A stretch of DNA of 47,889 nucleotides from the IMG/VR virus record IMGVR_UViG_3300037419_000284, positions 1 through 47,889 of that record, one strand, 5' to 3'. The notes under the pieces were generated by a model. It did not search any database. It saw only the letters and a list, made by a program, of their open reading frames with translations, and had not been told where the DNA came from. Numbering within the stretch: position 1 is the first letter of the stretch; each line of letters begins with the position of its first letter. The stretch comes from a virus (lineage: Duplodnaviria > Caudoviricetes). Positions 1-11,900 of the stretch are shown here, in pieces. Position numbers and translations under genes: made by a program.

Positions 1-821
1 TTTGTAATAGGGTCAAAGTCTTGAACTTTAACAACTATGTAATTACGAACATCTGCATCACTTATTTCCATATCATCAGATACTAAGTTTGATTGATTTA
101 GATATAAGTCAGTTGTCGCATCAGCAAAGTCTCTAACAATCTGTCTTAAATGTAGAGTACCGTCCTCTAGGAATCTTAGTTCCATACTTGCCGAATCTGC
201 TAGTGTTTGAATCGCATCCCATAGGTTTGTATCGCTTGGTGCATATGGTCCGTCAGGTCTACCTATCATATATTGAGTTGGATTATCAACCATCAGTGTT
301 ATGTTTAAATCAGGTGCGAATGTATTTAGTAAATCTTGAATACAATCTTCAACTAGATATAAAGAGTAACTTGGACCTTGATAGATATATATATCTTGTA
401 GCAACTTTGCTTTGTCCCTTAGTGATAATGATATTACAGGGTCAGAACCCGCAGTTATATCATCACCCATATATCCTGTAAACTTTAAAACATAGCTGAA
501 AGAGCCATTTACTAATAATCCCTCATATAATTCTACTTTATGGTTTGAGTCAAATAGCGGGTCGTATACACCTGCAACTTGGTTTACACTGCTAACCCTA
601 TTTAAAGGGGAGTATGCATAGTCATAATTATCAATCTCTAGATTTAGTCTCCCGCCACGACTATCAAAATCTTGATTAGTGCTATATGATGTCACTCTAT
701 CAGAAATATCAATAGCTGTTGTGTTACCACTTGGAGTATTTCTAGTCACCTTAACCATTATATCAAATATTCTATTTGAACTACTCAAAGCAGTATTAAA
801 AGCAGTATTAGCTGAAATCAT
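1..821 (-). CDS. Tail-tip/baseplate hub-like protein, truncated at the window edge
   Basis: Open frame from ATG at 821 (MISANTAFNTALSSSNRIFDIMVKV...) to position 1; not in the ORF track; lies downstream of the tape measure and two Dit-like genes. Confidence 0.6.
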   Translation of the reverse strand, partial: MISANTAFNTALSSSNRIFDIMVKVTRNTPSGNTTAIDISDRVTSYSTNQDFDSRGGRLNLEIDNYDYAYSPLNRVSSVNQVAGVYDPLFDSNHKVELYEGLLVNGSFSYVLKFTGYMGDDITAGSDPVISLSLRDKAKLLQDIYIYQGPSYSLYLVEDCIQDLLNTFAPDLNITLMVDNPTQYMIGRPDGPYAPSDTNLWDAIQTLADSASMELRFLEDGTLHLRQIVRDFADATTDLYLNQSNLVSDDMEISDADVRNYIVVKVQDFDPIT

Positions 822-827
822 TATTTA

Positions 828-1907
828 TCACCTCTGTTGGAAAGACCTATGGTTAGAAACCCATACACCATTAAATCCTATATTTGAGTAAGCAATCGTG
901 GCACTGAATTGTACCTCATATCTCGCCTCATTTGTGTTGCTATCTCTGTCTATTGTCATATCCTTAATTACTAGAACAGCAGGTAAGTTGTTTTCATCGT
1001 ATACAGTTACCTGACCATTAGCAATAATGAACTTTAAATATTCAACATCTATCCTTGCGGTGTTCGGGAAGACTTGTAGTATCTTTGAACTAAATACTGC
1101 AAAGTAATCTCCGCTATAGTTTGAATACGATATAGCCAACACATTACCTAGCTTTAACTCTGACTTACAGACAATCTCCAATGTGAGATAGTCAATAAAT
1201 ACTAGGTCTTTACCATCCTGCAACACACCTATATACTGTTTAGCATTTTTTTCAATCATGAAGATTGAGGTGTATCTCTTTTTTGATGCCGACTTGTTGG
1301 TGCTATAATCATCAAACTGGAATAGAAAAGTACTTACCCCTGTTGTTGTATTAACTGAATAAATCTGTCCGTATGGATTCAGAATAAGCCAAGTGGAATC
1401 ATAATCCCAACAAATGTCTTCGGCATACTTTGAATCATCTGTGCTATATATATATTTACGATTTGCAACCCCATTTTCGTCAGTAACTAATAGCGTTGCC
1501 TGAGTCGCCTCATGGTAGATAAACGCTAAACCCGAATCCCAATGATTGATAGCACTAGGCTTTACAGAAGGTAGAGTGATACCATTACCAGTTACTATTG
1601 TATGAGAGCCATATGAAGTATTGGTCTTACTCTTAATATCAAATGTTCCTCCACTAGTAAGTAAGTAAAGTTTTTCATCTAATCTCTTTTCCGTTGCTCC
1701 AATGTATGAACCTGTAATTGGAGTAGCTTGTGAATATGTGGGCTTTTCATAAACATCTATGGAAAAGTCTTGACTACCGTTCCAAACTAGATTAGGGTTT
1801 GATACTTGACCATTCATATTAATGGTTATGTTCTGTTGTGCATCCCAAGTTTTAGAGTTACTTTTAGGGTTATATTTAACTACATAATTACCTAACTGCC
1901 ATCTCAT
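828..1907 (-). CDS. Distal tail (Dit)-like protein with probable beta-propeller insertion
   Basis: 359 aa; N-terminus RWQLGNYVVKYNP resembles the neighbouring gene; beta-rich centre; position after the tape measure. Confidence 0.5.
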   Translation of the reverse strand: MRWQLGNYVVKYNPKSNSKTWDAQQNITINMNGQVSNPNLVWNGSQDFSIDVYEKPTYSQATPITGSYIGATEKRLDEKLYLLTSGGTFDIKSKTNTSYGSHTIVTGNGITLPSVKPSAINHWDSGLAFIYHEATQATLLVTDENGVANRKYIYSTDDSKYAEDICWDYDSTWLILNPYGQIYSVNTTTGVSTFLFQFDDYSTNKSASKKRYTSIFMIEKNAKQYIGVLQDGKDLVFIDYLTLEIVCKSELKLGNVLAISYSNYSGDYFAVFSSKILQVFPNTARIDVEYLKFIIANGQVTVYDENNLPAVLVIKDMTIDRDSNTNEARYEVQFSATIAYSNIGFNGVWVSNHRSFQQR

Positions 1908-2932
1908 TAATTATTCCCCCTATCAACTTTAGTAGCTTGAATATCAACACTATACTTTGTAAGACTTCCTTCTTGTCTATCAATGGTATAATGACTAACA
2001 GCCATTCTCCTCTTTACTCCCATATCGTCAATCATATCTAAATATCCTTTTGTCCTAATCTCATTCTCTATATTATAAATATCTAAGTTTAGGGTATTGC
2101 CATTTGTATATACAAGTTGGTTTCCTGTTTGTGTGGAGAATATGAAGTTAGTACCGTCAAAAGTAATATCGTTTATTTGTGTGTAGTCAGGTAATGAAAA
2201 TACATTACATATACTACCACTTGTTAAGTCAACATGATAAGCACCACTTATATCGTCAGAAACAAATGATATTACTAGGTAGCCATTAATTATATCCATG
2301 CCTTGATACCCTGATAGATTTGGGGAGATGTTAGGAAGGTTTAGGTATTTTACTTGTGTCCATGTAGGGTATGTGAATAGAGACACAACATTCTTATCAG
2401 TTACAATCCATAATTCTAGAGCAGTGCTATCATATGCAATACCATGTATTGAACCGTAAGTTGAGTTGAAGTTTGTGATTGTTGGTGCTCCTGTTCCTGC
2501 TGTTATCTTGTATATAGCATCAGGAGTTCCTCTTTTAACTGCATATATTGTTTCATCAGATAGTACGTCAAATGCTACAAAATTCTCCCCCGCAGGTGCA
2601 GTAGACAATAGAGATATTGACTTTGACAATGCAAAGTTAGTAGTGTAAACATCAACTTTTTTAGTCGTGTTATTTAGGACATAATATTTATTATTCATAA
2701 ATTTTATCCCGCCAAGGTTGGGCATTGATACTTGTTGTATAACTCTTGGTCTATTTTGATAAAAGATTGACGATAAATTATAGTCTTCCTTTGACATAGT
2801 AGGTTGAGAGATAACCGTTCCATTCAGAGTTGTTACAGTATCTCCTACTACAGTTACACTCTCTGCGTATTTATTTGGATTAATCATAAATGTATAATTC
2901 CCAAACTTCCATCTATCCTGCATTTTATTCAC
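1907..2932 (-). CDS. Distal tail (Dit)-like protein with probable beta-propeller insertion
   Basis: 341 aa, first gene after the tape measure; RWKFGNYTFMINP N-terminus; blade-like motifs GIAYD, GMDI, DITFDG. Confidence 0.55.
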   Translation of the reverse strand: MNKMQDRWKFGNYTFMINPNKYAESVTVVGDTVTTLNGTVISQPTMSKEDYNLSSIFYQNRPRVIQQVSMPNLGGIKFMNNKYYVLNNTTKKVDVYTTNFALSKSISLLSTAPAGENFVAFDVLSDETIYAVKRGTPDAIYKITAGTGAPTITNFNSTYGSIHGIAYDSTALELWIVTDKNVVSLFTYPTWTQVKYLNLPNISPNLSGYQGMDIINGYLVISFVSDDISGAYHVDLTSGSICNVFSLPDYTQINDITFDGTNFIFSTQTGNQLVYTNGNTLNLDIYNIENEIRTKGYLDMIDDMGVKRRMAVSHYTIDRQEGSLTKYSVDIQATKVDRGNN

Positions 2933-2969
2933 CCTTTCTATTTTTCACGTTGAGGGAAAACCCCCTACC

Positions 2970-5900
2970 TTAGTAGGAAGTTCCCTTGAAGGTTAAGTTT
3001 TGGAACTTAGTATCCTTCTTAATGACTTGCATAGCCTTCTTAACTGCTGTCTCAACAGTAGCTTGAAGTTGCCCTGTATCTTGCCCGCCTTCCACATTAA
3101 CAGTGATGTTAAAGTTCACATCTCCCCCATTGTGAGTAGTGTTGCTAGCACCCACTAGTGAAGAAATTTGTTTCTGTGTGAATACTCCTTCGCCTTGACG
3201 AAGAACAGCTTGCAATTCATCAGGTTTTAAGCCATTTGGACTAGAGAAGTTCATCATACCTGCAAGACCACCAGTATGATATACGAACTGAGGACCAACA
3301 TAACCTGACTTACTACCGTACTTAACATGTGCCCACCCATTAGATGTTCCAAGGTAAGTAACAGCAGAACCCTTAGGTATAGTACCGATTACATTGTTGC
3401 CATATCCTGCACTACTACGGAAGTTTACTGTAGTATTGATGTGCTTAGTAGAGCCACTAGAACCGCTACCTGAACCACTACCACCTGAACTAGTATATGC
3501 CTTAGCATATTGAGCACTAATCCATTGGTTAGTTCCGATTTCTAAGAATCCACTCTTTTCACCAATTACATTTACCTTCGTACCCTTCTTAATTACTTTA
3601 ATTCTAGAAGACTTATTAGCATCAGGAGTTTTGTGGTCCCAAACATCTGATGTAGTGATATAAGTTCCTTTCTTAGAACTACTAGCAGGAGGGGCAGGAG
3701 TGTTAATCTTGCTAGTATCAGTTGAAGGTGTTGTAGTAGAACCACTAGTGCTAGGAGCACCTGTTCCAGTTCCACCAGTTCCCTCAGGACTTCCACCATT
3801 AGATGTAGCACCACCACTAGATGTGCCACCTGGGACACCACCTGGGGTACTACTTGAAGGAGGAGTAACGATAGGAGTTGTAGTAGTACTACCTGACCCA
3901 TCATCCGAACCCGAACCATTCTTACCAGTTGGGTCCCACTGTCTAACTTCACCGATACCTTTGGCTTTAGCTACTTGTGCAACTTCACTATCAATCTTGA
4001 ATCCATTAGGTGCATTGAACACTTGGTTCTTCATGATAGTAAACATACCATTGGTAGATGCTACAATTTGGTTAATTAAAGGTAGGAATGGTGCTAGAGC
4101 ATCTTGGAATTGCTGACTGAAATCGTTGTTGTTAAACATGTTAGCAACAGCGTTAGGGTCTCCGCTAGTAGCCGCTTGGGTAATTTGGGAAATTAATCCG
4201 TTAGTTACATCAAGCAATCCACTATTATTAAAGATTGAGCTAGCCATTGTACCTGAGATAGTTTGAGCCATTGTCTGTTTCATGCTATCAATGAATGACT
4301 GAGTAGAATCCATATTACCTTGCATACCACCTGATAAGGCATTAGCAAAAGCATCTTGGAATCCACTTGACAATGCATCAACCATCTTAACCGCATTTTC
4401 TTTAGTCTCATTCTGAACATCACGAAGGTCATTCATCTTCTTCATGTATTCATCTAGACTCATAGCACCCGCTTTAAATGCTCCAACTACCGCAGAACGG
4501 TAATCGTTCATTTGCTGAATCATTTGGTCATGTAATCCCGCAATAATCTGTAAGTTAGCTAGCTGTTGGTTCTCGTCCATCTTGCTTGAACCACCACCAG
4601 TTGTCCAACCATTACCAATATGACCTTGCTTTTTAAGAGTATCAATAACCTTTTGTGCTTGGTCTTTTGTTAGGTTCTTAGTTGAATCTAGGTAGTACTT
4701 GCCATCCTTATCCTTAGTAACCTTAGAACTTATGTCATATTGCTTATGCAGTATGTCACTTAAGCCTTTAGCATACTTGTCAGATGAACCAAGTGCAATT
4801 CTGAGACCACTACCATTAGTAATAGTGCCATTCTTATACTGATTTATTGCAGTTGTTAAGTTAGACTTCTCTTGGCTATAGTCCTTGCTTTGAGTGTAAG
4901 CCTTTTGCTTAACATATCCTTGGATACCCTTACCAGTTAATTCAAACATTGATTGAGCATTTTGTAGTCTTTGTTGCTCCAAGTCGTGTAGTTCTTGTTG
5001 TACCTTAACAGCCTCTTCTAAAGTTGTATACCAAGCATTAGTACCTTGTGCGAAGTTCTTAAGCACCGCATTAATCTTAGTAATTTTATCAAACATTAGG
5101 TTGATGTTATCTTGGTCACTTACACGCTTTGCCATGATGAATTGCGTTGTTTGTTGACCTGAGTTACTCCAAACATCTCCTGCAAGCTGAGTGTTCTTAG
5201 CGTGAGTATCATATGTTGTCAACATTGTAGACATTTCACCAAGTAACTTGATGTAGTCGGGACTCCACTCTTGACCTGCTTTATCCATAGCATTTAGCTT
5301 GTCATAGCCACCCTTCACATATGACATTGAAGTGTCATAGTTGTAACGAGGGTCTTTTTGTTGAGCATCTGATAATGTTTTATCATAATCAGCAAGTTGC
5401 TTATTTGTATCTTTCAATGTAGAGATTAAGTCGTCAATGGATTTAACAGCATCCTTATAAGTATTGTAGTCAGTAGTATTACCTGCTTTCAATGCCTTAT
5501 TAGCCTCGTTTACATAGTTCTTACGAGAAGTACTCAACTGATTTAACTGTTGGACTGTATCGTAACGCTGTTCAAACACATTTGCTCTCTCTGCATTTAC
5601 TCTATCATAGTAAGCTAGCCTTCCTGATGTACCCATTACATCGGTGATATTTCCTTGACCATATGCTATAGCAACATCTTTATTATAAGTCTCTTTTAAT
5701 CCCGCTACGCTATGTGTTTCAGCCTCAGCTTGCATAGCTGTAATGAAACTATTGATTGCAGACTTTAGAATATCTGACGCACTAGCCTGACCTTGTGTTA
5801 AGCTACCTGCACCGCCAAAAGCACCATCATAGTGTTTACCACCGTAGTAGTCACCCCAAGATGAAATATTGTCCTTAGATACAGGAGTGCCATTATGGTC

Positions 5901-8900
5901 AATAGTCCACATTTGGTCATTACCCGCATAGATACCAACATGGTGAATACTGTCAGCACTTTTACCAAAGAATACTAAATCCCCAGGTTGCAAGTCTTTC
6001 TTGTTTGTTACTTTTTTACCACCATCATTTTGAGCATATAGCCCTTTTGAACTTGTAGTACCAAGATTGATTCCTGCAAACTTACGGTAAACTTGCTCTA
6101 CTAGACCCGAACAGTCAGCAATACCCTTCTTCAAGAACTCTGTCCAATCTTCGATAACATGTGCTCCACCCCAAGAGTAAGTCAATTTAGACCTATCTCC
6201 TTTTACTGACGAGAACCATGAATCCATAGCTGAGTAGCTACCGCCACCACCACTACTTGAAGATGAACCTCCACTGCTTGCACGCAACTTAGCCAACAGG
6301 CTTGTGTTTTGTGATGCTGTACCTGTATAGTTGCTGATGCCATATTGGTGAGCCAACGATGTTCTTGCTGAGAAACTTGAACTCTTTCCAAGTGAATTTA
6401 GGTAAGCTACGATAGAATCGCCAGTATAAGAACTCTTACCAAAACCGCTACTAGCTGATGAAGAACTGCTACCGCCACCTGATGATACTGCTGTACCACC
6501 TAGTAGTGATGAAACAGAAATACCAGTTTGCTTAGAGTAGAATGATGCAACACCCTTCTCCCAATTTGGGTCTTCTGCATATGTGTGATTGATTGTAGGA
6601 ATTGTGTTCTTACCCGAACTAATGTAGTTTCCGATTAGACGAGTTAAGTCCATAATACCATCTGTCAATGTAGCATAGCTTCTGTATCCCTCATAGTTTC
6701 CGCCCTTCCAATAATCATTAGAACTACCAGTAGCTTTAATGTTACCAATATTGTTAGAATGGTTTAAGATGTTTGAGTTACCACCATTTTCTTGCATAGC
6801 GATTGATGCGATTAATCTAGGGTCAACACCGTACTTAGCACCCGCTTGAACGAATACTGAACCATATCCTGCTAAGTTACCTCTTAATACACCGTTGATT
6901 GTATTAGTATAGTCATTAACACCACTATTGTTCTTGGTTGGAACAGTGTTCTTATCAACCTCAGCGACTAACTCCTCGTGTGTATAAGATGATTCTAGTT
7001 GTCGTTTCATTTGGGCATATCCCGAAGTACCAACTTTATAGCCCATTTGCTCTAGGTATGCTTGCTCCTTTTGAGCGAATGTTCTATTGTCAACACTAGA
7101 AGGACTACCAGTGTAAGTAGGAATTGCCATAGCATTTGAGAATGACTGTGTTTGACCTGCAACAGAGTTAGGATTAGATGCCGAACTCATTTGTACTTTT
7201 GCCCAGTTTCCTAGAATAGTATTTAATGAATTTGCACCATTAAGGATTGTGTCTCCCGCTTTTTGGAAGTCGTTCTTGATTAGGTTCTTAAGTGGGTCAA
7301 TAAATGCCTTATCAAACTCGCTACCCATAGTCTTGTTAATATCATCATATGCCTGAGATAACTTCTGAGCGTCACCCTTGTAAGAGTTTAATGCAGTAGT
7401 CAATTTCTCATAGTTGTCAAGGTTAGTGTCACGGATTTGTGCCAACTTGTCATTTCTAGTAGCATTGTAAGGAGTGCCAGTAACAGCACTTCTCATTTGT
7501 GATAATGTATTAACTACAGCTAAATCATCCTGAGAGTTAGAAATTTGCTTGTTAGCATCTTTAACTAATTGAGTCCTGTTCTGAACTCTCTCCCATACAT
7601 CAGCATACTTATCAGAGTTTAATACCATATCCTTAAGCTGTTGTGCTTGGTCATACATATCAGCAGTAGTAGATGATACGCTGTCTTGGATAGATGTTTG
7701 TTTCTCTAATAGGTCTTTGTATGCTTGTTGCTCCGAAGACAAACCATTTTTTCCTGGGTTGTATAGTTCGTTGATGGAGAAGTCTTGGTTAGGGTTCTGT
7801 CTAGCTAATGTAGCCATCTCATTACTTACAGAACTAAGTTCTGCTTGATAGCCTTTTAGTAGTTGACCTGATGCTTTAATTAAGCCACCCTGAGCAGTTT
7901 GCTGTTCCTTACTATTTGGCTGAGACATTTGAACCATAGCACGACCCATACCAACCGCACTATTGATTTTGCTAATCTGAGCATCCATTACAGCTAGACC
8001 AGTAGATGCAACAATTAGTTGTGCTGTATACTGTTTCATAGCCTCTTGGTTTTGTAATTGGTCTTGTCTGCTTTGAGTATAGGCATCAGTTAATTGGTCT
8101 TGTGCGTCACCTAGACCACCCATAGTCATGATAAGTTTAGCGATATTTTTAAGAAGTTCTGCCTCGTCAATCTTTTGATTGATTTCTTTATCAGACATTC
8201 CTTTCTTTTTCCATTTCGCAATATCAGTTGTAGATGGTTCAGAGTAATTGCCTAAGAATTGGTCTAAGTTGCCTGACTGTTTAGCTAACTCATATTGGTA
8301 TTGAACATCATCAATCTTACTCTGTTTCACACCATGCTTAAGTGCAATACTGCTCTCTTTGGATAGTTGACCTTGTAGACTGTTCATGTTGCCGTCTATT
8401 TGGTTTTTCTTCTCCTCGATTTGTGCAGATTGAGTTTTGATTGCGTTCATACCTTGTTGAATTGCTTGGATTTTTTGATTTAGAGATTCAGTTGAGTTTG
8501 CACCCATGAATTTCATATCAATAGCATCCACATTGTATCCTAGTTCCTTCATAGCTTGACTAATTTGCTTAGTAAGTTTGTTAGTTTCAATCAAAGCCTT
8601 GTTATAATCCATAACATAGCTAGTATCAACTGCCCACTTATCTTTAGCCTCTAAGATAGGGTCTTTGAATCCATTGTCAACAGCCTTTTGGAATTTAGCC
8701 ATATCCTTCTTATCATTTAGGTCAGCCCTATATTCCTTCTTATCCATCTTGCCATCAGCACCAAGAAGGTGATATTTTACGAACTGATTACCCTTGCTAT
8801 CTTGACCGAAAGAGATACCGTACTTATCTTCCATCTTCTTTCTATCTGATGCGATTTTAGCATTTCTAGCTTGTGCTTTCATATCATATTCAGAAGTAGG

Positions 8901-11900
8901 AACAGATTCAGTAGTAGTATATCCGTAGTTACCTTGTGAAGTAACTGTTGTCTCTTTCATAAACTTAACATTCGCCTTGATGAAGTCTTGAATGTCTTTG
9001 TTAGTTTTATCCTTAGTAGCAGTGTCACCACCAGTAATCTTCTTAGAGACAGATATTAGACTCTTGTTTGTGGTATTGTATTGGTCTTGTGCTACCTTCT
9101 TAGAGTGTTCGATAGCTTTACTTACAACCCACCAAGCACCCGCTAACACAGTACCAATGATAGTTAATCTAGTTAATAGTAATCCAAATGTTCTTAATGC
9201 AGGTAGTAGTTTAACAAACCATTCTACTACACCTTTCATTATTCCACCCGCACGACTACCAACTGAACCTGCTACCTCACCTACTGCACCACGAGAACGA
9301 GAAGTTAATAGTAAAGTATCTCCAATGAAGTTACCTACCGCACCAATAGCACTTCTTCTAGCAGTTGTTCTCTCAATAGTGTTAGTAAGTTCACCACGCA
9401 TAGCTTGTAGACTTTCACGACTTGCCTCACTCATATTGATTCCAGTTGGAACAGTAGTTCTTGGAGCACTACCATTTAAAAGTCTGTTTGTCATAACATC
9501 TGATGCAGAGTATGTCATTACATCTCTTAATGCTTGCTCACCAGTTCTAACTACATTTTGACGAGGGCTTATCATAGGTACAGGAGCAAGACCCTCAGCT
9601 ACGCTAATTGCACGACCACCCCTAACAAGAGGTGTAGCACCTTCTATTTGCTTGAATCCAAGTCTACGACCTGTCATTCTTTCAAAGTAGTCGCCAATAG
9701 CAGGACCAAGTGGAGTTAAATGATTGATAACACCTGTCAATCCTTTGAAAGCTAATGTTAATCCAACTATTTCACTAGTCATTTTTACTGGATTGAATCC
9801 AAATAATATTTTATTATCAGAGAAAGCATCTGATAGTTTATTAATAACTGATAGTACGCTATTAACAACTTTGAATAATCCTGTAAATCCTTTAATTAAC
9901 AATCCGATTGTATCTAAAGCACCCAACTTAGCTAGTTGTTGAACTAGTTCCTTAACTTGTTCAGCTAGGTCTCCAAAGTTTCTCTTGATTGTATCTGAAA
10001 AAGAACTCCATGATTTTTGTAGTGCATCAGGATTAGCCTCAGCTTGCTTGTTGAACTCACCTGTATATTCACTATTAAATGATGCATCTAGGAACTTAAC
10101 CATTTTTGGACCCATAGCTGATGATTTACCAGTTAGTCCTGCTAGATTATTAGAAACGAACTCTTGGTCAGCCTCATTGAGACCGCCATATTTCTTTTTA
10201 ATCTGCTCAAATAGTTTCTCAGGTGTGTCATATTTATCAGTGTTAATTTTCATTCTGTCTAATGCAGATTTAACGCTTGGATTGTCAGGATGTGCTAACG
10301 CACCGAAGAACGCTTTACCAACTTGTGCCATAACAGCACCACTAGAGTCCGTATCAGTAAGGTTATATGCACCCAACATACCTGCAACATCTGTTGCCTT
10401 GATACCTTTTTTGATTGTATCAGGTGCAATTTCAGATAGTGCATCAGTTACATTGTTTGTGTTTACACCATTACCTTTCATAACTGCTAGGTAGTTGAAT
10501 AAGTTATCCATTTTACCAATATGAGATGTATCACCTTGCGTATACATAGCTTGGTATAATGAAAGAGAATCTTGTGCTATAGCATTAACATCTGCTGATG
10601 TTGCATCTCCACCATTAGAAACTGCTGAGAACTGAATGATTTTATCTACGATGTTCTTCTCAATATTAGGGTCAACTTTACCACTAATTTGACCATTACT
10701 TGTAATCAAGTTCTTTCTAGCTAAAACTTGTGCTTGTAATGGAACTACTGTATCTGCTGTACTAACACCATAGTTCTCACCAATACTAAATGCTTGGTTA
10801 GTGATGTTTGATTTTGCAGAGTTTATTCCCGCACCGAATTGAGAGAACTGGTCACTTAAACCGCCAGTTTGCATGTTAGTCATAACCATACTTACTTGTG
10901 CAAGTTTAGCATCAAAGTCAACCATTTGTGCTACCGCAGTACCAATAGCTTGTGACATAGCGTAGAATCCACTAGTAAATAATGTATAGACTCCAATATT
11001 TTTCATCATATTAGATGCCATAGATTTGAAACTTCTGTCTCCACGCTGAACAACTTCTCCAAGACTAGTATACTCGTGAGTTAATGTTCTAACTGAACGG
11101 ATATGACCTTCATCATCACGGTAGTTGATTGTGTATGCTCTTTGGAAGTTAGTTTGTTGTTCTCTAGCCATAGCCTGATTCGTTGGGTGAATGTGGTCTC
11201 TAAGTATTCTCATACTTTCAGATAGACTGACATTAGGGTTTCTAAGCATAGCATCATAATCTACACCTGAGTACTCTCTGTTAGCACCGTAACGAAGGAT
11301 ACCTTGGTTGAAGTCATTTGCTCTTTGTTGTCTATTAGACTCAGTAATTCTTGAACGGTTAATATCGTTAGCTTGCTTATGAGCCTCATTAACATCTTCT
11401 ACACGACCATAGTTAGGGTTTCCGTTGCGTTGCTCGTAAGCATTTACATAGTCATTCCATTGTTGTCTGCTAGTATTTCTTAGCTTTTCCCCCGCCTGTT
11501 GGTAAGGGTCAACATGGTTAGACTGTAATGAACTACGATACTTAGGAGTAGAGTTTGTTAATGCTTTAATTTGGTCATAGAAACTTTGTTCTTCATCAAT
11601 AGCTTTTTGAATATCTTTTTGCATTTTAGCGATATTATCTAATACTCTACGCTTGTTAGCATTACCAGTAATATTCTTCCCGCTAACTGAATCACGATAT
11701 TGTTGTAGCTTACTTTGAAGACCAACACGAACATTCTTAGTGTCATAGTACTTTTCATCTAATGAACGGTTATCAACAGGAGGAGTATTAGCCTCAGCCT
11801 CTCTTTGAGACTTACGATTCATACGCTCTTGATATTTTCTTTGATTCTCAGCCTGTTGTTGGTTGAAAATTTTATTTTGTTGTACCGCTTGCCTATATGC

